A DNA stretch of 64,000 nt, from assembly GCA_937625935.1 (NCBI GenBank), contig OW569355.1:372001-436000 (forward strand). The letters run 5' to 3'. The number at the start of each line of letters is the position of its first letter. Positions within the stretch are counted from its first letter, which is position 1. Under the pieces are notes generated by a model. The model was not told the DNA's origin and made no database searches. It was given only the letters and a program-made list of their open reading frames with translations. Shown piece after piece: positions 1 to 10,394 of the stretch. The translations under genes were made by a program, and so were the position numbers. This stretch comes from Tetramitus jugosus. Its lineage: Eukaryota > Protista > Heterolobosea.

Positions 1-331
1 TCCCTTCACTCAAGATCTTACTGACCTTTGATCTCACCACAGTTTTGTTGAAGACTTCATTCGAAAGGAAGAAGTTTTCAATAAAGAGAGCTATTTTATC
101 ATCATGTTCTTCATCTTGACCTTGGATGATGGCAAAGTATTCCTTGCGATCCTCTCTTGTTCCGAAGAGAATATCGGCCCCTTTGTCCATAGAGTTTTCT
201 TCGACCGCCCGCATGGCTCTTGTCTTCATTCCCTTTAATTGTTCATAATCATAGGAGTCAACAGTGAAGGAAATCTTTGTTAGCTTCCTAACTACCTTAT
301 CGTCCTTTTTAACTGGCGAGCGGATTATCAT
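1..331 (-). CDS. Partial ORF of unknown function running off the left edge (MIIRSPVKKDDKVVRKLTK...), possibly part of a degenerate gene
   Basis: Manual translation of the minus strand gives 110 codons from ATG 331 to the window edge with no stop. The same frame extends upstream to about 703 with four in-frame stops. No recognisable motif. Confidence 0.35.
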   Translation of the reverse strand, partial: MIIRSPVKKDDKVVRKLTKISFTVDSYDYEQLKGMKTRAMRAVEENSMDKGADILFGTREDRKEYFAIIQGQDEEHDDKIALFIENFFLSNEVFNKTVVRSKVSKILSEG

Positions 332-804
332 CTTGATGGTTCTTACTCTGTTTTCCAAACTTTGAATTGATTGGTTACTGGTATGAGACCTTGGTACAAG
401 AGCTTGCACCTGGACAGTGTTTGGTTACTCCGGTGTGGGCCGGACTCTGTCTACGGAAAGAAAAGAGAATCAAAACTCACAAATCAGCCGAATCAACTCA
501 TCTTCCTCGGTTTGTCTCAATAAAATAGAGAACTGTGGTTAGTTCGGTCTCTGTTAAATTGTTTTAAACTTTCTCACTGCCACATCATGGACTCGTTCAT
601 ACGCCAAGGAATTCGCTGAATCCAATAGCCATAATGACATATTGTGCTGGAACGTCTTGTTCTCCTCTATTTGTTGAATGGGGATGAAATTGAAACCGAG
701 TAATCATGTTAAGTCAGTCTGATCTCAAACAGAAACTGACAAACATGAGCATCTCATAAGAAAGGGATCGACGTTGTATGTAAGAAAAATGTTTATGAAA
801 AGAT

Positions 805-1932
805 TTAGAAGCACTTTCTGTGGACAATACCTGGACCAGAGTCTTCGTATTCTTCCTTGGAGATCCACATTTGTTGGAAAGTGGACAAGGAAGCCAAGAT
901 GGAGCCACCAATCCAGACAGAGTACTTTCTCTCTGGTGGAGCAACAACCTTGATCTTCATGGAAGCAGGAGCCATATTGGTCAATTCCTTGGTCAATCTC
1001 TCAGCAATACCCTCGAACATGGTTGTACCACCGGACAAGACAACGTTTCCGTACAAGTCCTTTCTGATATCAATATCAGTCTTACCAATGGAGTTGAAGG
1101 TGGTTTCATGGACACCAGCAGCTTCCATACCAATAAAGTTTGGTTGGAACAAAACTTCAGGGCATCTGAATCTTTCGTTACCGACAGTGATGACATTACC
1201 GTCAGGCAATTCATAGGACTTTTCAACGACAGAGGACTCTGCAGCCTTCTTCATTTCTTCGTCAAAGTCAAGAGCAATGTAGCAAAGCTTTTCCTTGATA
1301 TCTCTGACAATTTCTCTTTCGGCAGTAGTTCCGAATGAGTAACCTCTTTCCATCAAAATCTTCATCATGTAGTCAGTCAAGTCACGACCAGCCAAATCAA
1401 TTCTCAAAATGGCATGAGGCAAAGCATAACCTTCATAGATAGGGACAGTGTGGGAAACACCATCACCAGAATCCAAGACGATACCAGTGGTTCTTCCGGA
1501 AGCATACAAGGACAAGACAGCTTGGATAGCAACGTACATTGCAGGGACGGAGAAGGTCTCAAACATGATTTGAGTCATCTTTTCTCTGTTGGCCTTTGGG
1601 TTCAAAGGAGCTTCAGTCAACAAGACAGGGTGCTCTTCTGGAGCAACTCTCAACTCATTGTAGAAGGTGTGATGCCAGATCTTTTCCATATCGTCCCAGT
1701 TGGTCACAATACCGTGTTCAATTGGGTACTTCAAGGTCAAGATACCTCTCTTGGATTGAGCCTCATCACCGACATAGGCATCCTTGTTACCCATACCGAC
1801 CATGATGGACTTTTGCTTTGGTCTACCAATGATGGAAGGGAAGACAGCTCTTGGTGCGTCATCACCGGCAAAGCCAGCCTTACACATACCAGATCCGTTA
1901 TCAACAACTAGGGCTTGAACGTCGTCACACAT
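805..1932 (-). CDS. ACT: Conventional actin, intronless, heterolobosean type
   Basis: 375 aa with [16 protein letters not shown] and a HRKCF C-terminus. The [10 protein letters not shown] start and [17 protein letters not shown] segment match Naegleria-type actins. Confidence 0.99.
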
Positions 1933-2226
1933 GTTTTATATTTAAGAGTTTTGGAGAGAGGTTAAATTACAAGTTTTTGTTTTGTTTTGTTTTTGGAGAG
2001 AGGAAAGTGAAAAGGATCAACATAGTTGCAACAGTTTTTAAACTGACCAAGTGTAGGCATCAACTGTCAGCAAACGGATCGTTCATTGCAGCGTTTTGTT
2101 ACAAAACATGGTTCAAGTTGATCAAATTTTTGACGTTTGATCAGGATTGAAGTTGACAGCAAAGGTTTTTATCGTGAAATTGGATGCGAAGTCCGACACT
2201 TGAAGAAAAACACCGACAGAAAAAGA

Positions 2227-3021
2227 ATGAAAAACTTTGACGGTCCACGTGAAATTTGGGATGCATTAGGGTCGAATCATCATGCGGATGATGATGATGA
2301 AATGAGCCGTCTCTTCACACACTTGCGTGAATCTTCGACAATTGATCTACAGTCCCTGATCAATCCAAAGACGGATCGTCCTCTGCTGCACGAAGCCTGC
2401 GCAAAAGGAAAATTTTCATTGGTTCAATTCTTGATTGTGGACAAACAGTTGGATGTCAATGCGAGGGATACTGCCGGTCACATGATCACTCCTCTGCACA
2501 TGGCATGCAGAGAGGGTCAAGAAGAAATTGTTCGATATCTCTTGTCTCTCATTCATCATGATGAAAAAAACAACAATAGTGAGCAGCAAGAATTGGTTGT
2601 TGATGTGAATGCACAGGACAGAGACGGTTATACGGCACTTCACTATGCGAGTATCAATGGACATTTGAAAGTGGTGCAATGTTTGTTGAGTGTTCAGTCG
2701 TCACATGGATTGAATGTCAATTTGACTGACAATCAAAATAGAACAGCACTGCACAGAGCAATTGAACACAATAGGAGTGCAGTGGCTCACGAGTTGATTC
2801 TAAAGGCAGCGAACATTGATATCAATATACAGAATAATCATGGATGGACAGCGTTACATTATGCGAGTTATCAGGAGAATAGAGGACTGTGTTCCATGTT
2901 GTTGAATCACGGGGCGAATATTTCTTTAAAGGACAGAGATGGAAAACAACCATTGTATTGGGGATATGGAACATGGCATGACGAAGAACATGGAGGATGC
3001 ACATGTCCAAAGCCAAAATGA
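2227..3021 (+). CDS. Ankyrin-repeat protein
   Basis: About five ankyrin repeats (LLHEAC, TPLHMAC, TALHYAS, TALHRA, TALHYAS). First in-frame ATG is 2227; the ORF track starts at a TTG. Confidence 0.9.
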   Translation: MKNFDGPREIWDALGSNHHADDDDEMSRLFTHLRESSTIDLQSLINPKTDRPLLHEACAKGKFSLVQFLIVDKQLDVNARDTAGHMITPLHMACREGQEEIVRYLLSLIHHDEKNNNSEQQELVVDVNAQDRDGYTALHYASINGHLKVVQCLLSVQSSHGLNVNLTDNQNRTALHRAIEHNRSAVAHELILKAANIDINIQNNHGWTALHYASYQENRGLCSMLLNHGANISLKDRDGKQPLYWGYGTWHDEEHGGCTCPKPK

Positions 3022-3037
3022 TTTGATACATGTATTT

Positions 3038-4465
3038 TTAGTTTTCATTGTTGTGGTGGTTGGGTGTGTCAATCTGAGCTGAGAGAGCAACAGAGCATGC
3101 GAAACCTCCTCTGACAGATATGATGTCGCGATGAGAGCCACCAGCAGCTTCAAAGTATGGTGTAATGTTTACAAACGATGTTTCTGTTTTCCGTTTGCCA
3201 TTACCGATTTGACCATCTGAACCATATCCTGCTGTGAACAGTCCATCATTCTTTGAATGAAGGATCGAATGGTAAGCACCGCTGGACACTTGTAGATCAT
3301 TTAGACTCGATCTGTCTAATTCCAAATAAAGTTTTGCTTCGTGTTCATCACCAGCCTTCCTATGTCTTCCGACTGTCGCATGTCCTCCTCCCCACGCGAT
3401 AGCAGCTTCCCGAATACCACTACCCCAGATATAGACAGATGTCTTGGCACCTTCTTCTACGACTGCTAGTGAGTGAGTGAATCCGCAAGAGATGTGTGTT
3501 ACGCGTCCCTTGGAACAAATGGAATCCACTAACAGCGGTGTGATTGTTTGTTTCTGGTCAACGCCCAATTGTCCTTCCAGACCCCTTCCGACCACATACA
3601 ATCGACCCTTGTTGGTCCGGAATAGAGAGTGACCCAATCCACACTTTACATCTTCAATAATCTCGTCATGTTCCAAATCCTGGAATCTTGGTAGTTTTAT
3701 CGGTTTGACCTGATTGAACGAATTGTCACTTGATAACTGACCAAACGCATTAGATCCAAAGCCACTCATTTCACCATTTTCGTACAGCACAATAACATGC
3801 TGACTTCCACAAGCTACTTGTTTAATCTTCCTTCTTTCTGCATTCTCGTCATGTTGATTGTACAGTGGTACACGATACATTTTAAATCTGTTCTTTGTGA
3901 ATCCAATACCTAGTTGACCAGCGTCATTACAGCCACAGGAATACAAATCAGTTCCATCACTCGTGACAGCAATTGTGAAGTCCTTTCCACAGTGAACAGA
4001 TCGAAAGAAGGGCATTTCTTCATTGCCCCAGTTTAGCTTGTCCAACTTTGCGTTGATATAATCGTCTTGAGATGCAAACCGTCTCACAGGATTAAAGCTA
4101 TCCAAGTGTTCCATCTTGCTGTCTTGAGCGCATTGACCCAACAGATTCTCACCACTGAGCCTCAGATTCGAACACTTTTCACCATTCTCAACAGAAACAA
4201 TCATACCCATGTGTGAAGATCCAACAGACAACCAGTTTTGTGGTGACACCGCATTGAGATCTCCAAGAAAGAGAGGTTCAACAGAGGGAGGTCCGAGGGG
4301 ATACTGTTTTGGCTTCAATCTGTCATCAGGTCCTCTGACAGTTTCTCTCACTTGGGAAAAGGAACCCCAAATGTGCAAACTTGCAGTAGAGTACAATCTC
4401 TTTGTTGTTGCACTGAATCGATGAGGTGTGCATGAGAACATTGATCTGTGCATGACGAAGTGCAT
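3038..4465 (-). CDS. RCC1-repeat protein, probably mitochondrial (RCC1L/WBSCR16-like)
   Basis: RCC1 repeats (CGKDFT, GCNDAGQLG, CGSQH, GSNAFGQL, CGLGHS, CGFTHS, GAYHS). The N-terminus is Arg/Ser/Thr-rich and lacks acidic residues (RRLYST-like KRLYST), resembling a mitochondrial presequence. Confidence 0.8.
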   Translation of the reverse strand: MHFVMHRSMFSCTPHRFSATTKRLYSTASLHIWGSFSQVRETVRGPDDRLKPKQYPLGPPSVEPLFLGDLNAVSPQNWLSVGSSHMGMIVSVENGEKCSNLRLSGENLLGQCAQDSKMEHLDSFNPVRRFASQDDYINAKLDKLNWGNEEMPFFRSVHCGKDFTIAVTSDGTDLYSCGCNDAGQLGIGFTKNRFKMYRVPLYNQHDENAERRKIKQVACGSQHVIVLYENGEMSGFGSNAFGQLSSDNSFNQVKPIKLPRFQDLEHDEIIEDVKCGLGHSLFRTNKGRLYVVGRGLEGQLGVDQKQTITPLLVDSICSKGRVTHISCGFTHSLAVVEEGAKTSVYIWGSGIREAAIAWGGGHATVGRHRKAGDEHEAKLYLELDRSSLNDLQVSSGAYHSILHSKNDGLFTAGYGSDGQIGNGKRKTETSFVNITPYFEAAGGSHRDIISVRGGFACSVALSAQIDTPNHHNNEN

Positions 4466-4580
4466 TGTTTTTTTGTTGCCGCGAGCAAAGATTCAATTAC
4501 CACAATTGTTTTCTGTCAGTGCGTAAATATTTTATCGATAAATAAGTCGAGTGCTGTGACCAAGAGTTTTCTCTCAAGCA

Positions 4581-4712
4581 GTTCTTACACTCGGGAAGTT
4601 GCCTTCAGATTGATCGAAAGTGACTGGGGCAGTATTGCTAATTGAAAACTATTCCCAATGCAACCACCCAAGGCTTCGGCTTTGGGTCATTTTTGGAGGC
4701 TCTAACCAAGCC
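4581..4712 (+). ncRNA. U4: U4 spliceosomal snRNA
   Basis: Contains TATTGCTAATTGAAAACTATTCCCAAT (human U4: UAUUGCUAAUUGAAAACUUUUCCCAAU). The 5' end GTTCTTACACTCGGGAA parallels yeast AUCCUUAUGCACGGGAA. Also a kink-turn 5' stem-loop (TGCCTTCAG-ATT-GATC-GAAA-GTGA-CTGGGGCA), a C(UUCG)G 3' hairpin at 4666-4687, an Sm site ATTTTTG at 4689-4695 and a short terminal stem. Confidence 0.92.
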
Positions 4713-4853
4713 GTTATTCAAACAACAGAAGTCTTAAAACCAGCTGACTAATACCATTCTTCTCGGAGAATACTCTTCATCAGTTATCTACGGTTTTTCG
4801 CTCCAAAAAAATAACAACAATAACTAGCAAAAGAGCTCATTCATCTGGCCAAA

Positions 4854-5584
4854 ATGTCTAAAATTGTCGGTTCAGTTATCATGGAAAACGATTCTGTCAT
4901 TGGAGAGTACTTCCTCAATGGTGGTGGGAACCTTAGAGACACGATTGTGAATCTCATTTACCCAAAAGTGCCAAAGAATGATCACATGAGAACATTGAAG
5001 AAGGATCCCTATGAGTTCCATTACAGATACAGTGGCTCAAGATGTTTCTTTGCTGCGGTAGAAGCTGGCGTCAAGACAAGAATCGCTTGGTCCTTCTTGG
5101 ACGAAGTAGAAAAAGAGTATATGCGTGTGAGTCTTGCAGCTACGAGCTCTGTTGTCAAGAAGATTATCACAAGACAAATGGTTGGTTTGTTTTACTAGTT
5201 TTTGTTGTTACTTTGAAATAAGAGGAAAGATAGAACTTTCTCACCCAACTGTTTCTCTGAACTCTATAGAATTTCTACAACGACCCAAACAATGACAAGA
5301 TCTTTTTACTTCAGAATCAAATGACTGATGTCAAGGATATTATGATTGATAATCTGGACAAGGTTCTTGACCGAGGAATAAAGCTCGATGTGATTGTGGA
5401 AAAGAGTCAGGAGATGGCCCAAACTGCAGATGATTTCAGAAGAGGAACAAGATCTGTGAAACGATCCATGGGTTGTAAACTGGTACTAATTATCTCACTA
5501 ATCGTGATTGTAATTGTTGTGGTCATTGTTGCTGTGGTATTAATTGCTCTTGGAGCCTCAGGTGTCTTTACAAAGAAGAATTGA
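4854..5584 (+). CDS. VAMP7: Longin-domain R-SNARE (VAMP7 family)
   Basis: Intron 5181-5269 joins two ORF-track fragments in frame. Longin domain, R-SNARE motif (VKDIMIDNLDKVLDRGIKLD) and C-terminal TM helix. Confidence 0.9.
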
Positions 5585-5768
5585 ATAAATCCTTCTTATT
5601 TTCAACCTAGTATCTCTTGCCCATTACCTGGAAAAACTATCGTTCACAAGTTTACTCTGCTGACAACTCAAAAACTCCCTGATTGATTCCGGAGAAAAAA
5701 AATTTCACAAAAAGCAACTACCAAGGTAAACGAAACAAGATTTGAATGAGAACAGAGTAAAGTGTGAG

Positions 5769-7586
5769 ATGAACCATCTTTATCATGAAAACAGCATTCT
5801 ACTGCTCACATGTCTCTTCACTCTCTATTCATCAACACTCTCACACTCTGGAGGATCCTCTAGCACGACGACGAGCTTTTCACTGTTTGTCTGCCTATTT
5901 GTCGCTTCTCTCACCATTTCAATCATTGTCTATCAACGTGGAAGACGATCGTCCAAACTGAAGAAGAGTAATGATAGTGGTGATGATGATCATGGTGATA
6001 ATGGTATATTGAGTGGATTGCTATTGTTTCCACTACTGTTTTTCACATTTGTTGAAACGAGTCATCATTGGTTGACTGTATCAAGTGTGACTTGCAGTAT
6101 ATCGTATGCGATATGTTACATGATTGGTGTGAACTCTACTGCTGTTGCTGCGAAAAAATGGATCATGTACGTTCGATTCATTGTTGCCTCTCTGTTCTAT
6201 GCACCATATGTTGTGTTTCAATTTGGTCCGATTGGAGGTAAAATCCCGGTGGATAGGGTGTTGTGGATACGGTGGTTATGCATGATGATTTATAGTGTGA
6301 TATTTGATGTGATGATCAATGTTGTTTGGAAGGAAACGATATTTAGGAAGTCGTGTTCACTGGGAGAAGCAATGACCGTGAGTCACGGTTTGTCTGCTGT
6401 GATATTTTTGAGTGTCGAGCAAGTATTGAAACGCATTGGACAATCACCATCAGACAGTGAGAAAGCATTCAATGGAGACAAGGAAACAGAGATTCAATTG
6501 ATTCTTTCATTATTGTTGTGTACTGTGTTGTTTATTAGCTCGATTGTCTTCATTTCAAATTATATGAATAAGTGCAAGAAGAATGACAAACAGGATGAGA
6601 GTGGAAATGGCGATCAATTAAGTACAATCAAACAAGAACAGTCATCTGCAGTGCGATTGTTGATCATGTTTCTTGTCTATTGTGCTCTATTTATTGTCAT
6701 TGTAATTGTTCCATTGACAAGCTGGACGATGCAATGTAACTCTGTTCGGTGGTTGAGTCGTTTGGTGAGGAGTCATATCGTACTGTTGTCCTATTGGTGC
6801 TTCTGCTTGTTCTTCATGTCTATCCTGATGTACTTTAGCGATTCGAAACAAGAACAACAACAGCAAAAACAGAAACGAGTTGTAACACTGTTCAATTGTA
6901 TCACTGTACCGAATATCGTGTACCGGAAGATGTTTCATTTGATTGCTGTGACTCTATTTGTACCGGCAACTCTGACTGCACCAGATTTTATGTGTGCTGC
7001 ATACACTGGTGCACTCATCTTGTTTCTGTTGGTGGAGACGTTACGGTTCCTGCTGGTTCAACACTATGCCAATGCGCGGTTGACTCAATGGATAGACACA
7101 TCAGTTCGACGGTTCACTGACGAGAGAGAAGATGGACCATTTGTTCTCACACACATTTATTTGCTCGTGGGATGCATGACACCTGCTTTGGCAGCTCGTT
7201 ACATGGACAATGAACAAGTTCCAGACATGATCCTGGGATGTTTGCTGCCACTTGTCGGAGTTTTTACACTAGGAGTGGGGGATACAATGGCATCACTAGT
7301 GGGTGTTTACAAGGGGAAAAATAAGTGGTCAACCACATCGAACAAGACACTCGAAGGAACTTTTGGCGCCATCATTTCTGTTCTGTTCGTGGGCTATGGG
7401 ACATTGTTCTTGTCTTGCGGAGGAGATCATGACAGCAGCTGCAAGAACTTACACTTTGCAAAAGCTCATGCTGCGTGGATCATTTCCACAGCTCTCACGT
7501 GCATTCTGGAAGCAAACACGAGTCAGATTGACAATTTGATACTGCCACTGTTTCACTGTGTTTGTATCAAAAGCTTTTTCACATAA
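5769..7586 (+). CDS. DOLK: Dolichol kinase (SEC59/DOLK)
   Basis: Polytopic membrane protein with RKMFHL, D.R..GP.VLTHIYLL.GC, GVGDTMASLVG, KTLEG and QIDNL motifs. First ATG 5769. Confidence 0.92.
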   Translation: MNHLYHENSILLLTCLFTLYSSTLSHSGGSSSTTTSFSLFVCLFVASLTISIIVYQRGRRSSKLKKSNDSGDDDHGDNGILSGLLLFPLLFFTFVETSHHWLTVSSVTCSISYAICYMIGVNSTAVAAKKWIMYVRFIVASLFYAPYVVFQFGPIGGKIPVDRVLWIRWLCMMIYSVIFDVMINVVWKETIFRKSCSLGEAMTVSHGLSAVIFLSVEQVLKRIGQSPSDSEKAFNGDKETEIQLILSLLLCTVLFISSIVFISNYMNKCKKNDKQDESGNGDQLSTIKQEQSSAVRLLIMFLVYCALFIVIVIVPLTSWTMQCNSVRWLSRLVRSHIVLLSYWCFCLFFMSILMYFSDSKQEQQQQKQKRVVTLFNCITVPNIVYRKMFHLIAVTLFVPATLTAPDFMCAAYTGALILFLLVETLRFLLVQHYANARLTQWIDTSVRRFTDEREDGPFVLTHIYLLVGCMTPALAARYMDNEQVPDMILGCLLPLVGVFTLGVGDTMASLVGVYKGKNKWSTTSNKTLEGTFGAIISVLFVGYGTLFLSCGGDHDSSCKNLHFAKAHAAWIISTALTCILEANTSQIDNLILPLFHCVCIKSFFT

Positions 7587-7725
7587 ACAAGATGATGAAC
7601 ATCATCATCAAAGGTGAACAAGCAAAGCACAGAAGAATAGAGTTGTTTGGTTGCTTTTTTAGATAGTTTTACACGTTGTTTTGATTCTTTTATGATATTG
7701 TTGGTTGCAGCATACAAAAAAAAAT

Positions 7726-8169
7726 TTAGAATTCGTAGTGCTTTGGCTTGTGAGCACCAGTGGAGCTGTTCAATCTCTTGACAATGTCATCTTCGCTCAA
7801 GTCGTCTTCAGCAGCAGCATAGATCTCAACGTGGAATCCGTTAAAGTATTGTGCAAGGGCAGACTTGTGAGTAGATGTTCTAGCTCTCTTCAATGGTGAC
7901 AAACCAGATCCAATGAATGTAACAAAGACATACTTGGTTCTTCTGGAGTCTTGATCAACACCGATGACTCTGAAGATACCATAGAGCACTTGGTTGGAGT
8001 CCAATTGAGTCTTGAGTTCGTTCATGCCACCGCTTCCGGAGCCAACCAACTTCAAGGTGTCCTTTTGGTTCTCGTCATAACCGACCAACAACCAGTTGGT
8101 TGCAGAGTCGTCAGATCTGATATCAGCCCAAGCTTGAGCAATTGCAGAGTCATTCAAGTTCAATCCCAT
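7726..8169 (-). CDS. Coactosin-like ADF-H actin-binding protein
   Basis: 147 aa from ATG 8169 with IRSDDSATNWLLVGY, GSGSGGMNEL, SRRTKYVFVTFIG and LKRARTSTHK. Confidence 0.9.
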   Translation of the reverse strand: MGLNLNDSAIAQAWADIRSDDSATNWLLVGYDENQKDTLKLVGSGSGGMNELKTQLDSNQVLYGIFRVIGVDQDSRRTKYVFVTFIGSGLSPLKRARTSTHKSALAQYFNGFHVEIYAAAEDDLSEDDIVKRLNSSTGAHKPKHYEF

Positions 8170-8510
8170 TGTTGAATAAATATGTGTGTTGGTGTTGGTG
8201 TTGTTTGTTTGTTTGTTTGTTTTTTTGAGAGTGAAGTGGGAAGCAGTGAGATTTAAACACTCACTGACAGCCATGTGAAAATCTGCCGTAAGAACAAAAC
8301 AGTGAAAACACAAGCTGGAGGGGGACCACATGATTGAGAAGCATGAGGAAATGTCAATCGAGTTGACGTGTCTTGATTGACAAGTGAAAGACGGAATTTT
8401 ATGATTACAACAAAAATTTGCTTGATCACGTCACAGATGATTGATGAGCGGTCAGTGAAGCAGTGACACGTCCCAATGCTGGATCCGTTCAATCTACAGA
8501 TTTTGTACGA

Positions 8511-9622
8511 TCATGTTTGGCTGTTGAGACGTGGGAAGAATCGGACAAAACATCCCTTGGCATCATGAAATTGCTGCATTGGGTTCCATATGGTCTGCAG
8601 ATTTCCCTCGAGCTTGACTTCTCCTTCATTGTTATTATCCACATTATGATCAAACAGTTTGTCCAGATTCAGGTTCTCAAGAATAGCGACTCTGTGCTTC
8701 CAGAACATACCGTGAGAGTGGTCAATGATTGGAGAAGCAGAGCAGTGATCGATAGAAGGTGTGTCGATACCAATGAGAAGTAAATTAGGGAACGTGTTTG
8801 TCAGCCACTGGGCACACTCAGGCTCAAAGAAGGCAAAATCATTGGTCCAGTTTTCACTCATCTCAGCTGGAGCTTTCCTCGTTCTGAACAGTAAACGCAG
8901 TACATTGCTAGGTTCACTCAGATATAGCGATGTAGATAGCAATTCAATCAGGTATTCCTTCTTGATGGCAAAATCACTCATCTTGTTCCTTAGGTCGATC
9001 ACCAGACATGGACCATTGTATTGTACGTCATCAAAGTACACAAATGGTGGTTCTCTTTCAAAATGTGCCTACATTTGAATCACAAACTAAAATGAACTCA
9101 TTGATTCATTCACAAACAAAACAAAAAGAAGTAGCAAAGAGAATAAATCATGCAGTGCACTTACAGGTTGATCAGCATGAGTACCCGCATGGGAATTCGA
9201 TAACAAGATACTTCTTGTTACAATGCACACACCACTTGGTGAACCAGAAACATCGCAGGATTCATTAATTTTCTTATTAGAGCGCCCTTCTTCATCGGAC
9301 GGCACTTCTGTGATACTTTGTTTAAGTAAGACAATGGGTGCCAATTGACACACAAGTATCAATGAATGATGAAACAAGCAATCAATCATCATACATACCC
9401 TAATTCTTTCAACAGCTCAGATCGGTTCAATGGCTGACAATAGGGAGTATGGTCATGATAGGGAAATGAAGCAAATCTCGCATGAGGTGGCACATCGATC
9501 GCAATGCCCTCGTTCAGACGAACCATGGATTGATTGGGATTCTGGAGTAGAATTTCATGGATCTTGATCAATTTTTGGCACAGAATGTCATCAGTGTGTC
9601 TAGCTTGAATGCAATCGGACAT
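8511..9622 (-). CDS. Cyclase-family metallohydrolase (KynB-type kynurenine formamidase-like)
   Basis: Introns 9398-9316 and 9164-9069 join three ORFs and rebuild the metal motif HAGTHADQP|AH (HxGTHxDxPxH). Also LIGIDTPSID and H...ILENL. Confidence 0.85.
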
Positions 9623-9849
9623 GTTCACTTTTTTTGTTTTTCTCGTGTGAAGAAAAACATCTCGAGATGAGAACCTGGAGTGGAGTCTTCTGAAGGGGAC
9701 CTAATCCATCCAGAATTAACAAGAGTGAGGTGTACTGAATGGAAAGTATTTGGTGGGTCCTACGTCATCTTTCAACAGCAAGCAAAAACAGAATTAAAGA
9801 ACGAGGGTTGTTACGGTAAACAACTTTTTACTCATAACTTCTAACTTGT

Positions 9850-10386
9850 TCAGCAAGAAGATGGTGTTCCAGTCTTTTTTTTCATCTTGATGTAATTGAG
9901 TAATGACTTCGATATCAAGTCTCGCTCGGCTCTTGAGATGTGTCTGGTACTACTCCTAACATTTGCAGACAATTTGGCGATAATATCACGTAACTGAAAA
10001 ATCTCTGCGTCCTCTTCACTCTCGTCTTGTTCACTTTCTACATCTTTTTCATTTTCGCTCTCACCTCCATCACCAGGTCGTACTGAGATGTATTCTCTCT
10101 GCTTCTGTTGAAGGTCTACAAGCACTGTTCTCAACTGGGTAATGATTCCTTCGTATCGAGTTTCATCCAAAAATTTCCCAACCTTGGCATTGTCGAAAAA
10201 CTCCTTCAACTCTTGCTCTTCAACACCCCAGCCAGAGTATTCCTCCAATTCACTTGGTAAGGTTTGTTTGATGTCCTCAATGAATCGAAGAGTGTTGGAA
10301 ATGTTGAAAATTTGTTGTTGTGCTTTAATGTTTGGGATGTTCCGTAGTATAAGACCATCTAACAGGACATTAAGGTCGCGTACCAT
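9850..10386 (-). CDS. Hypothetical protein, 178 aa, helical and acidic
   Basis: ORF-track entry with an ATG start and protein-like composition. No recognisable motif. Confidence 0.45.
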   Translation of the reverse strand: MVRDLNVLLDGLILRNIPNIKAQQQIFNISNTLRFIEDIKQTLPSELEEYSGWGVEEQELKEFFDNAKVGKFLDETRYEGIITQLRTVLVDLQQKQREYISVRPGDGGESENEKDVESEQDESEEDAEIFQLRDIIAKLSANVRSSTRHISRAERDLISKSLLNYIKMKKKTGTPSSC

Positions 10387-10394
10387 TGTTTAAC

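Noticed and set aside
820-1911. Plus-strand ORFs of 172 and 165 aa over actin
   Set aside because: Antisense shadows caused by the strong codon bias of a highly expressed gene.
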